NCBI GenBank assembly: GCA_946965045.2
Contig: OX337240.1
Location: 2,480,001-2,544,000 of the forward strand
From: Epithemia pelagica
Taxonomy: Eukaryota; Protista; Bacillariophyta
Length of the DNA stretch: 64,000 bases
Reading direction: 5' to 3'
Shown: positions 47,339 to 58,137 of the stretch, in pieces
How positions within the stretch are numbered: position 1 is the first letter of the stretch
Layout of the letters: every line of letters starts with the position of its first letter
Notes under the pieces: model-generated
What the model was told of the DNA's origin: nothing
Seen by the model: the letters and a program-made list of their open reading frames with translations, nothing else
Database searches by the model: none
Position numbers and translations under genes: made by a program

Positions 47339-48365
47339 ATGTTGTCATTCTCTCTTTCATTCCTCTCTGTCTTTGCGTTGACCGTTGTCAACAGTGTCTC
47401 TGCCACGGCAGCAACATGGAAGGCTTACTCGGTAGCCGCTTGTCATGGTGTTGATTTTAACACCCTTTCCTCCGCGGAACAAGAAAACTTTGCTGCAGCC
47501 ATACAGACTTCGTTCAACCGAATCCACGGACCCAACGAAGTCCTTTGGGACACGAAATGGGACGCTGTGATTCCGGATGCGTTCCCAGGTTATTCTGAGA
47601 CGCGCTTGGGTTGGCCTGAAGGGTAAGACTTTCTCGCCACCTCCTGTGCTTACATGACACGAAGAAGCATCATCTTACCCTTGTTGATATTTTTGTTATC
47701 TTTCTTGACGATACAGCGGTGGATCAAATTCCCATCTTGAATGTCACTTATGCCCGGATGACGACGACAACTTTGACGACACCCTTCCCCTTTCTTTTTC
47801 ACAAACATTCAAGCCGGATCTCGTTGAATGGGCGGCAGATCTCACCACGGAACTCCAGAGTAGCGGCCTAACTGGTTTGAAGGAGGCCACCGCTTGCTCT
47901 GTCAAAATCGACTTTACGCGAGTTGCAATGGTGGACACGGCTGTTCGTGTGCAGTGCCAGAACGTTGACTGGGGTGTTCTGACGACATCGGAGCAGCAGT
48001 TTGCGGCTTCCGAGATGCAAAACTCCTTCCATAACGTCCATTCTGTTGATAAAGACATGATGCGACTCCACGACATGAAGAGTGTTCCGGAAGTTGGAAA
48101 AGTCAACTCGTTGATTGACGTATTGATTGGTTTTGCGTGGCCTTCGAAATATGGTTATTTTACTGGAAGCTTCTCGGCCGACGTTGATGCCAAGGTAGAT
48201 GTACCAGCTGCGACCCTACGACGCACGAACACCAAAGATGTGATGGCGTTTTATCTTTGGGAAACCGAATTTGAAAAGCTTCTTCACAGGGGACCCTATT
48301 CTGCTCTTTCTCATGCCGCCGACTGTCGCATTGAAATGAAAGTTGTGGACAGCAACATGGATTGA
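47339..48365 (+). CDS. Secreted hypothetical protein with a duplicated Cys-containing domain; join(47339..47622,47717..48365), 310 aa
   Basis: N-terminal signal peptide. The GTAAG..TACAG 94 bp intron joins in frame. Contains CHLCPDDDD and an internal repeat (CHGVDFNTLSSAEQ..IQTSFNRIH vs CQNVDWGVLTTSEQ..MQNSFHNVH). Confidence 0.75.
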
Positions 48366-48744
48366 GAATCGCTGCGGGTTGAGATTGGTTCGCAATCTGT
48401 TGGAGTCGATTGCAAAGCTCTGTTCTGGGGTAAGTTCGATTGGATTGGGGAATGGATAGGTTAGCAATAGGAGATCAGAAGCGTTAATATAGTAGACTCC
48501 TAGCATGATAAAAGAGGTTCTCTGTTGCGTTTCTAAATATGTTCATAAACGGGAGGCTAGTCAACCCTACCTAGTACCTTCTCGTTTTCGCTGTGAAAGT
48601 CATGTCCAAGTTCCGCTGGTCGCTAGAGCACAAGTACTTTTTCTCATTTGGATGTGGCAAAAATTAAGAAGGGCACGACAACGACACCATCTTTCAAGTA
48701 TTTATTAGAAATTCTAACACTAAAATGTATGTCCAAGATCTTAT

Positions 48745-49232
48745 TCACCATGTTGATAAATGTGTTTCCTTCCTACTAGCCAGATGATTGCCCCCACCTC
48801 CCCAAGGTACACACGGGATGACCGTATCTGCGGGGGGAGTACATAAAAATGATGGCGGCCAAAAAGGTATCGCGACCGGTCCGAGTGGGTTTGCGTTGAA
48901 TGTCGGCACTGTTTTCTCGCATGCGTTGGAAATATTCCATGAGAATGGCGGCATTGGGAAAGGAGACCTGGAAGGTGTCCACATCAATCGTGGGCAGGGT
49001 AAAGCCGGCACGTTGCAAGAGTCCTCACACCACCTTCGCGTTCCAATTCCGCCATGAGGAGGGCGACGCGGAGTTCCGGTAAGGTGGTACCACCAATCAT
49101 GGCCCACATGAAACAGCCATCGGGTTTCAAAACGCGCTGGATTTCCGACAAGACTCCTGGAAGATTGTTGACCCACGGGTGTGAGTGCTGCACTCGCCCA
49201 CATGTGGTACGGAATCTCACAACAACAGACAA
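48745..49232 (-). pseudogene. NDUFAF5: 3' fragment of an NDUFAF5-like SAM-dependent methyltransferase gene
   Basis: [39 protein letters not shown], then a deletion/frameshift to QRAGF.LPTIDVD..QVSFP..GRDTFLAA. The N-terminal part is absent. Confidence 0.8.
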
Positions 49233-49844
49233 GTTAAAACAGACTTGACCAGTTGTTAAAGACTGCTAATAATAGTCTTCTGGGAACTAAAAGTCCATCA
49301 TTTCACTATTCCCCATGCCCCATGGTTTCAAGGTCTCTGGGTGGTATGGCACAAGAGTATGTTGTTTCATGTCCTTGCGGTGTCAATGACACAATGCTCT
49401 GTTAGAGGTTATTGCTGTGGTAGGATATGATTGCGACTGCAGGACCATGCTCTGTTGAAGACAGCATTGCAATTGTGGTTCCCAAGGCAGACAAGGCAAA
49501 GGAGTTCATTGGACGCTGTTTGGCCATGATTGTGGCAATGGAAGTATTGGTCCACAAGTCTATCGTGTCGCTCTTGTTTTGGGTCTTGTCGCTGGTGCGG
49601 ATGGGTGTCACGGAATCGTTCCATACCGCCACGTGCGGGTGTCGAGGATGGGTCATCGGTTTGGTTGTTGTTTCATGGATTTCCACGTTATTGGTAGTCA
49701 GTGGTTCGACCAATAACAGGGTCCGCGCCTGCCATATAAAATGCCACAAGGGTCCCTTGGGGTAGTAGAGATAGGAGCGACATGTCGGTGGCGATTGCAA
49801 GGGGCCATCGGTGATGTTACAACCACAGCAAGATGGGCCTCGTG

Positions 49845-49904
49845 TTGTTTGTGTGAGTTTTTGTCAAAGTCGAGATTTTGAGGATCGCGCCTTGTGGGTG
49901 AGTA
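49845..49904. mobile_element. Inner half of an older TIR relic related to the 49912-53390 element (outer half at 60835-60872)
   Basis: GAGTTTTTGTCAA..GATCGCGCCTTGTGGGTGAG aligns with GAGTTTTGTATCAA..GTCGCGCCTTGGGGGTGAG of the right TIR at 53291-53338. Confidence 0.55.
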
Positions 49905-50213
49905 TCAGGCCTACCCCCCAGCGGGGGTGAGATTTTTGCAGTCTGTCCGTCAATCATTTCAGTGATTCTCATTCTCACCCCCAAGGCGCGACGTCCAAAA
50001 TCAGCGATTTCCCGAGGTTGATACAAAACCCATTGCACCTCAACACATCCAACACGGAGCCAAACTTGTGAGCGTTGGTGCATGCCTCCTGAACGTTTTA
50101 AAGCCCACCGAATTGTTTCATGACCCTGTCCTCACCTCCAAGGACGTCATACCGCGTTGATTTTGCCTCCCAAACGCCTTCTCGTACCTTCCCACCACTG
50201 TAATACAAGCAAC

Positions 50214-51254
50214 ATGTCCGCCACAAGCAACCCAAGGCAAGAGGTGACCGAGAACACCCGTCATGGACCCCTTCCTGTACCCCGAACCTTGCCCGAACCC
50301 ATTTCCAATGGTCATGACCCTTTCTGCAACCGCACGTCTCTTCAAGAGGCGGTAATTTCTGCTTTTACCGACTGGCACGGCAAGACTGCCCGACATTGGC
50401 AGGTTGACGCCTGCAAAGAGGTTATCAAACGACATATTGAGCCACCAACACAAGACCTTCTTCGTCCGCTCCTCCTTGTTCGATCCACTGGTGGCGGAAA
50501 ATCAGCTGTCCGTGACATTTCTGGCTTTATGTGCGGGGGGATAACCATCACGATCGTCCCACTTCTAAGTTTGGCAGCGGATCAAACGTCGAAGCTATCC
50601 CAGCTTTCATTGGGCCAAGACCTTTCACATCGCTTGAACGTCTTCAACCTCGACGTGCTCCGATCTGCACACCTCAACAATGAACTCCGTGACAAACTGC
50701 AGGCCCTACCAAAAGAATCCTCTACAACAGTGTCTCTTTTTTCTTCACCACAAAAAATCACCAACGATCCATTGTGGCAACAAACCATTGCAAAGTGTTG
50801 CAAGCAAGGAACCCTGCGTCTTATTGCCGTGGATGAATGCCACTTGTAGGCCGCACACGGTATGGAATTCCGAGAAGAATTCGGTCACTTGGAACGATGT
50901 CTTTTCCGTATTGCCCAAAAAAACAGCCGACATCCTGTCCCTGTTTTGTTTATGACTGCCACTGCCTCACAGGCCATGCTTCACGATCTCCAGTTGTTGA
51001 CTGGTTTGTCCTTCCACCCCGAGAAAGATTTGATATGGCCCCACAATCATTCTGGAGTACAGAGGCGAAACATTTTCATCGACTTGTCGTTTAAAGATTC
51101 GCCAAGTCGAAGAATCAAAGCTGACCTTGTCAAGACCTGCAAAACTCCCGGCAACAGGAAACTAATTGTTTACTCCAATTCAAGAAAGGCCATCATCAAT
51201 CTACATGCTCAAAGCCGTCAATTGCTCAACGTCATGGAGATCCCATGTTATTGA
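50214..51254 (+). pseudogene. RecQ-family SF2 helicase, N-terminal lobe only, with one in-frame TAG (50847-50849)
   Basis: RHWQVDA, STGGGKS (motif I), IVPLLSLAADQ (Ia), SSPQKI, AVDECHL*AAHGMEFR (motif II plus aromatic loop), FMTATA (III) and IVYSNSRK (IV). Motifs V and VI are missing. Confidence 0.85.
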
Positions 51255-53229
51255 ACTTTCCAAAACAATCTTCCATTCTCGTCAATAATTGTCTATCCAT
51301 CATTTCGCAGAAGGGCTTCACAACGTCCGGTTCAATAAGAGGTGGGATTGGGGCCTCCAATTGGGCCAAGGCGTCGTTGAGGCGTCCGACAACATCCTGA
51401 TGAAGCTCAAGGGCTTGATCGTGCCGTTGTTTTACGTCAAACTGTTGCCAAATGTTGCGTAATTCCGCCAGACTATAGCGGTCTCCTGGTGTTTCTTGGA
51501 CTATCCTGTGTAGAAGGGTCAATCTATCTCCACCAGAAGCTTTCAGTCGCTTGAAGATTGTGTACCAGCTCCTTTCCGGGTGGTAGTCGGCCTGAAGGAA
51601 CAGTGCTTGCGGATAGTTAAAGATCTCGAAATAGGATAGGAGTTGTTGGATGCAATCGGTGGGAGGGGAAACAAGGTTGCAACCAGACGATGGTGAGAAA
51701 ACAGGAAACTTGAGGTATAATCCGTTCTGTGATCTTTCGGACATTGCAGCGATGATATCGTTGTATGTCTTGGTGCCAATTACTTTTCGGATAACACCGG
51801 AAGGATTTAAGTGCACATATCCACAAAGTTGATTGTAGAGATTGCCCTGGCACATGACTTGAGGAATGTGTTGTGATTGGTGAGTGTCTCGCGCAACATC
51901 CAACCAACCTTTTGCATAACGTGGTGGTAGGAGTTCGCTTCGGAAGAACAAGACGATGGGTGTTCCTACCTCCAAGAACCAAATATCTTCCAGAAAGAGC
52001 GTTCGCAAGGCAAATGAAGTAACCATTTGAATTGGGGCAGCCGAAGTACTTGATAGACCAGGCACAGCATCCGACATCAGGGACGAGGAGGGCAGTGGTA
52101 CACTGTCGCTGTCACTAGAGGATCGCTTTCGTTTGTTGGTGTTGTTATAACGACGTTGTTTTGCTGTGCCAGTGGGAGACCGTGTGACACCCTTCGTGTA
52201 GTTCTTAGCACGTCGCATCAAAGGACCACAGTGATTGGAAACCAACGACAGTGAAGATTCATCATCCGGAGTAGAAGACACAAGAACCATTGGAGGGTTT
52301 TTTTTTTCCGAGTCACCTGGGGTTCGACAAGAAAGAGGGGGGTGGCGTCGCAATGGAACCAAAAAAGAACCCTCCGTGATTTTGGGTACTTGTAACTTCA
52401 GGTTTGGATGTATATAGGGTTGCATTGCCGAAGTGGGTGGCCGACGTGTGAGATTAAGACCGGAACCGAGGAGTTCAAGGGATGACGACGAATCAGTTCC
52501 GGTGGTTTGTGCAGTCGGAGGCGCGGCGGCAGTAGAAACAGTGTACGGAGTGGTCGCTTGCTGAGGGTTGTTGTGCATGGTTGTGGTTGACGTTTGCTCA
52601 TTTATTTCGGTTCCCAAAGTACCAGCTGGTGTGGAAGCGTCCGCCTCTTTTGTACTCTGCACATTCATGGGCTTGGGAGGGGAAGATTGCGTACCAAATT
52701 GAACAAGTCCAATGGAATCGCGACGGTGCAAAACGTGAAAGGATGAAGACAAGACCGTGGAAGTTGAAGTGTTGCTGTTGTTTGAAGCGGAAGCTGCGGT
52801 GGTCTGACGTTGTGGTGGCACTGTGGGAAATAACATAGAGGGTTGAAAGACCGGTGGAGGGATCGCATGGAAGCGTGGTGTAGTTGACACCGACGAGATT
52901 GAACTGTCCATTGCTCTTGTCGAGGACGGTTCAGACCTGTTGGAAGGTTGTCCGTTGCTTCCTGGTTGAGTCCGGCAGATTTGCGGAGTTTCGTACGGAA
53001 CACCACAGGAAGCAGAGGGCAACAAAGCAACGGACGAGGTCGCGTTGCCGGTGGAGACAGGGTCGGTGTTGGCTTCTTGAGATTGAGGTGCAGATGTAGT
53101 TTCGGCGATGGGTCTGCTATCATCTGAATTCTGCGTTGTATAAGGCGGTGCGGAGGCACTACGGGTGCCGAAGGCTTTCCTGACAGCCTTTTGAGACCTT
53201 CGGGTTCGCTTGTGAGAGGATGTCGACAT
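51232..53229 (-). CDS. Unknown 665 aa protein inside the TIR element (candidate N-terminal part of a transposase or accessory protein)
   Basis: The ORF starts ~60 bp inside the right TIR. The N-terminal half is disordered and the C-terminal ~270 aa looks globular. It ends exactly where the helicase is truncated. No catalytic motif recognised. Confidence 0.55.
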   Translation of the reverse strand: MSTSSHKRTRRSQKAVRKAFGTRSASAPPYTTQNSDDSRPIAETTSAPQSQEANTDPVSTGNATSSVALLPSASCGVPYETPQICRTQPGSNGQPSNRSEPSSTRAMDSSISSVSTTPRFHAIPPPVFQPSMLFPTVPPQRQTTAASASNNSNTSTSTVLSSSFHVLHRRDSIGLVQFGTQSSPPKPMNVQSTKEADASTPAGTLGTEINEQTSTTTMHNNPQQATTPYTVSTAAAPPTAQTTGTDSSSSLELLGSGLNLTRRPPTSAMQPYIHPNLKLQVPKITEGSFLVPLRRHPPLSCRTPGDSEKKNPPMVLVSSTPDDESSLSLVSNHCGPLMRRAKNYTKGVTRSPTGTAKQRRYNNTNKRKRSSSDSDSVPLPSSSLMSDAVPGLSSTSAAPIQMVTSFALRTLFLEDIWFLEVGTPIVLFFRSELLPPRYAKGWLDVARDTHQSQHIPQVMCQGNLYNQLCGYVHLNPSGVIRKVIGTKTYNDIIAAMSERSQNGLYLKFPVFSPSSGCNLVSPPTDCIQQLLSYFEIFNYPQALFLQADYHPERSWYTIFKRLKASGGDRLTLLHRIVQETPGDRYSLAELRNIWQQFDVKQRHDQALELHQDVVGRLNDALAQLEAPIPPLIEPDVVKPFCEMMDRQLLTRMEDCFGKFNNMGSP

Positions 53230-53724
53230 TATAGACTTTGTTATCAACCACTGCACCTCCACCACCGTGATGAATGCATGTGTGGTTTTGGAGTTTTGTA
53301 TCAACCTCGGGGACTTTCCGTCGCGCCTTGGGGGTGAGAATAGAGATTCTTCTTTTTGTGCGACCAGATTCTCGCCCCTGCTTGGGGGTAGTATCAGGCC
53401 GTTCCTTACGGCAAACCAAACCCCTCAAATTTCACCGTCTGGACGTCATATATCCGGGTTTTTGGGCTTTTCAGGTTTGGTTCAAACTGATTCGAACCAA
53501 ACCTGAAATCAGGTTTGGCGCGTTTACCAAACCTGAAACACACTAGGGATAAAGTTTTCGTTATGCTACTGTAATAATTTCCTACAGTTTCGAATTCGAC
53601 TTGGCATGCGTGCGTTCAACTCCAACGGTCACACGTCCCCCCATTTCTCATGAAATTAGACGATATGTCTTTTGTACGATGGAATTCTTTTAGTACAATA
53701 TTCAATTTAACGCCAATCGTAATC

Positions 53725-53774
53725 GAGTAGCGCATAGCTGTCTCCCATATATGGGAGACAGCTATGCGCTACTC
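53725..53774. repeat. Perfect 50 bp palindrome in the piggyBac left end
   Basis: GAGTAGCGCATAGCTGTCTCCCAT-AT-ATGGGAGACAGCTATGCGCTACTC. The core ATGGGAGACAGC recurs three times (one inverted) at ~57500-57560. Confidence 0.9.
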
Positions 53775-54075
53775 CCTTAACTTTCACTTCAAATAACTTC
53801 ATCAAAATCCACTTTCATCCAAATCTAACTTCATCGTTCGATAGATCTTACAATTCTGAACAACTTCATGTATGATACTCTACAGTAGAAATGAAGTCAT
53901 AATGGCGATATTTCGCTTTGAAAAATTGGCGATTTCCCTCATTTTTGTCCATTTTCAGTTTCCTTCGCCCGAAGCCCAACTTGGTGCCCTTATATGTTCG
54001 GTCTCTCTGAACCGATCGTTGCAGGACTCTCCATTCTGGAAGTCTATATAGTGAAGAAGACTTGGACGCAAGGAA

Positions 54076-57000
54076 ATGTCGTCTCAACCTTTTCCCATTG
54101 AGTGGGACGACCATGAGTCGACACCACCCGATTTATCGCAACCGCTCATCGATCAAGACGCAGACCAACCCGTCGTAACTCAAGCCAGTGACACTCAAAC
54201 CGCAGCACCTCCAGTCGACAATTCAACAGCCGGAGAGCCTAATGCCCCGATGGAGCTCCCACCGGAGCTAGAGAGTTTTGTCGCACATTTGCCTGGACGA
54301 CGACAATCTTCCCGCCCGAGATCAAGATTTTCATACGCTAAGCGGAGTTTCGTTGCGATGGACGACTTCTGGATCCATGAAAATTTCAGGGAAGATTTCC
54401 GTCGTCGGTTTCGACCCAATCTTACCGACCGTCACATTCCTCTTCTCGGAAAAATTGTGGAATGTCCCTCGAAGCAGAATGACAATATATATGCGATTGT
54501 CTGGGACAAACGCAGTATTTCGAGTTTGAACATTCCCGACAATTGGATCAAGACACAGTTCACCTCGTCGAAAGCAGTCAAAGCCAAACTTCGTCACTTC
54601 ATCGAAGTCTACAATCCCGCCAATCTGCCATTTCAACCATCACAATCGACCCAACCATCCCAATCCCAACAGTTGCAACCAACAGGTCAGTCGGCTTCAC
54701 AACAAACAAACAACACCTCCACGACGGCATCTCAACAGAACAATCACACTCAAGACGACAACAATCCTACCAACAACAGCACTGTAGACGACAACAATCC
54801 TACCAACAACAGGAATGCACAAGAACCTCCTCAACCTCCTTCCACAGCAGAGCGTGCACGCCGCCGAGCCGCCATTAGGAATGTACCAGATGCGTCTTTG
54901 AGGCGATCTCCTCGTCGTCATTCGACTTCTACATCGAACATGCCATCGACTCAAGAGCGTGCACAGGGTCGTGCTGCACTCATGACTGCACCAGAAGGAG
55001 TGCTATCTCCAAGTACTCAAGGAGGTACTCCAACTAACGAAGTTGCAACTCGTCTCTTCAGAAGTGCTAGTACTGGTGGCTCCTCCAGGACGACACGACA
55101 GCAGCGGGTAAATAACAACAACAATTCCACCGAGGCCTCCGACGACGAACCAAATAATGACAACTCTTTATCAGACGAAGATGAATATGGTGGCTATGAT
55201 TTAGATGTAAACGAAACTGTGCACAGGGATAGCGATCCATTGTTGGAATACAATGACAGTGACGACGAGGATAACCCTGACGAAGAGAATGCTTCCTCAG
55301 GATCGGACAACGAAGATCCCAACAATTCAACAAATTTGAAGGTGTTGATCGATAATTTACACTTCCACTTCAAGGAAGTTGATTCGTCTGATAATGCTTT
55401 CTCATGGGTTGGGCAGGAGCGCAACAACAGATCGATGTTTCGTGGTGGAGACGGTCTAAAAGTGGGGATTGCAGATGTATTTCATACTCCCTTTGACTGT
55501 CTTCGAGTTGTTGGAGGATTGTCTAAATCCATCATTTCGGACATGGCTGCGGCAACGAATCAATATTTCCGCAACAAAATCCGTCCAAACCTAATGGGAC
55601 GACGAGGATATTTTCATTCTCAGAAATGGAGAGACGTGACAATGCAAGAAATGACTGGGTTCTTGGTATCATCTTGATGATGTCCTTGAGACCCGTTGAT
55701 GGTGGTGGTTACGCAGCTTACTTTTCCAACTCCAACATGATGTACAGCCTGGGAACTGCAATTCCAACAATGGAAATTGCAGATAGTGCTGGTTGGGCAT
55801 CAAAATACATGCGCCTTGCTCGATTCCGACAAATCAGAGGAGCATTCCACCCCGAATCGAAAGAAGCTGGACGGGGAGGTGACAAATGTTACCAACTGCG
55901 AAGACTCATCCAGGCTGTAAATTCTGCGTCAAGACGATCTTTCCAAATTCCACAAGATTTGGCATTCGACGAAGGAGGTATTGGATGCCGTTCGAGGTAC
56001 TGCCCGGTCAGGCAGTACAACAAGGACAAACCAGCCAAGTTCCGCGTTGATTTCTTCATCCTGGCTTCGTCCACTAGCTATGCAATCTTGCATTTGGACG
56101 TATATCAGGGAAAGAATGCTACTAATTCATACATCCGACACGAGGCACAACGTCTTCCTACAACAATGAAGGCTGTTGTGAATGCGTGTTACGCGCTGGA
56201 ATTGAACAACGAAACCCGTGGATTCCGCCACTTATCCATGGATAATAGGTATGCCGCTCCACAACTCCTGGTGATCTTGCGAGATCGACTGAAAGTCCTT
56301 GCTACTGGTACTGTTCGTGTAAACCGCGTTGGATGGAACAAGGTTCTCATGGATTTGAAAAAAACAAAGACCAATCGTGGAACGATGAAACTGGGACATG
56401 ATGAAGTGAACGGAATCCTAATCGGGCAATGGGTAGACTCTAAGGTGGTTAATTTTGTTTCAAGTTACGAGAATGTTGGGACAGGGCAACTACAACGCCA
56501 AGTTGGTCAAACGAAGAAAGACTTCAGGTGCCCCCAAGCATTGATACGATACCAAGACAACATGGGGGGGATTGACCGTGGCGACCAAATGCGGTCACAA
56601 ATGGGCGGATTTGCCACACATGGCCATTTCAAGAAATGGTATAAAAAAACTGCCCTCGGTATCATGGATATTATGTTGCTCAATGCTCTCATAGCCTGGA
56701 ACATGTCCGCTGGGGATAGAATTCGTTCAAGGCGTACAAAGCTTTCAAGACATGCTTTCTACACGTGTGTCGCACAAGCTATGTGCAGTTACGAAGATAC
56801 AGAAGAGGTTGATGCCTTGGCGCGGCGGACCCAACAACCTTCACAACCAAGTTGTGAAGATGGACACTTTCCAATCCCTTTGGAGGGCAACAAACGGTTG
56901 GCGTGTGCTGTTTGTTTGTTGGAGCACCGTTGGAAGAAGAAAACATTGGGGATGAAAGGATTGTACTCGAATGTCGGTCAATGTGCCAAATGTGGAATTG

Positions 57001-57323
57001 TCACACATTTGGTGAATTCCACAGATAAAAGAGAGGATGGTTGGAAGATTCATAAGCTACCACAATTCGCAGGTAATACCTGTTTCGAGATTCTGCACTC
57101 AATTCAAGGCAGGGAGATATTCATGTGCCGTCCGGCTGATGGAGGGGACAGCAGATATAAGTACACAACAAAGAAAAATCACCCTCTTGTATTGGATTTG
57201 AGAGAGAAACATGGTCTGCCGCCGGAGTTCACAAGAAAGAGAAGACGGATTGAAGCCTCGGCCCCTATGGAAGAAGACAACAAGAGTGAGAATGAAAGTG
57301 GTGAGGAAATCCATGAATTGTAG
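54076..57323 (+). pseudogene. piggyBac (DDE_Tnp_1_7 / PGBD-like) transposase, ~1080 aa, with one -1 frameshift at ~55662
   Basis: EMTGF/LGIILMM spans the shift. The catalytic triad contexts are LAFDEGG, SMDNRYAA and MGGIDRGDQ, followed by a C-terminal Cys-rich domain (CAVC..CAKC..H..C). Confidence 0.9.
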
Positions 57324-58137
57324 AAGCAGCATTATATAAGAGACATAGTAAACACAGACGACACAGACTCACCTTGGACAGGTCATTCATAGGTTACTTG
57401 TGCCATGGTTGACATGGATCGATGATCTTGGCTGTGTTGAATGTCACAAAAATGAGACCTGCGTTTCAAGGTTAAAACAGCCTCTGTTAAGGCGCTCGCA
57501 TGGGAGACAGCAAATTCGAGCATCTGGCTGACTCCCATAAAATTTATGGGACACAGCTATTTGATACTCCGATAAGCTTAAAACCCGTTCTTTACGATTG
57601 GCGTTAATGAAGTCAAATGGGGGGAAGTTGGGGGCAGGGCTGTGTAGTACGATAGTCCAATTTTCGACGAAGTCCCTTACTTTGTACTGTACTTCACCGA
57701 CTTTACGCATTCCCTTAGTATAGTCCCCCTCTCTCTCTCAAGGGACTGCCAGTCCCTCAGTCCATTCCCTATAGTCACTCACAACCGACTATAGTCTCTA
57801 CCGTCATCCCCCCCCCCCCCCCCCCCAGCCTTCAATCGTACTATATTCCCTCTCTCGAGTCCCACCAGTCTCTCATATCGTACTTTAAGTCCTAAAGTCA
57901 AGTACCTCCAGCCAAATATATAGACTGTATAGTACAAAATCACTCCTCATCTCCATATGAAACGACTACAACCATGATATCATGTGTTTATCATTCCAAA
58001 TCAACACAAGAAAACAGATGAGGATAATCACAACACAGAGGTACGTTACCCATATCTTGGTTGCTTCGCCTCTCTTCAACAATCAAACCATTGTCCTCTC
58101 TTATCTTGTCTCATACAAGGAGACGAGGTCGAATCAA

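Larger units (their letters stand above)
49912..53390. mobile_element. TIR DNA transposon carrying a RecQ-type helicase (AcademH-like), internally deleted
   Basis: Termini TACCCCC...GGGGGTA. Identical inverted blocks of 23 bp (49971-49993 / 53319-53341) and 19 bp (50011-50029 / 53293-53311). Flanking direct repeat GTATCAGGCC at 49902-49911 and 53391-53400. Two convergent ORFs inside. Confidence 0.8.
53711..57603 (+). mobile_element. piggyBac transposon inserted in the 5' region of the hAT element
   Basis: TTAA on both sides (53707-53710 and 57604-57607); 12 bp TIR CGCCAATCGTAA; piggyBac transposase inside. Confidence 0.92.

Noticed and set aside
25754-50849. RIP-like CpA to TpA signature in nonsense mutations (TGG>TAG, CAA>TAA)
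   Set aside because: Most single-transition routes to a stop codon are in CpA context anyway; too few events to infer a mechanism.
57808-57826. Poly-C run in the hAT 5' region
   Set aside because: A simple homopolymer of uncertain length with no supportable function.
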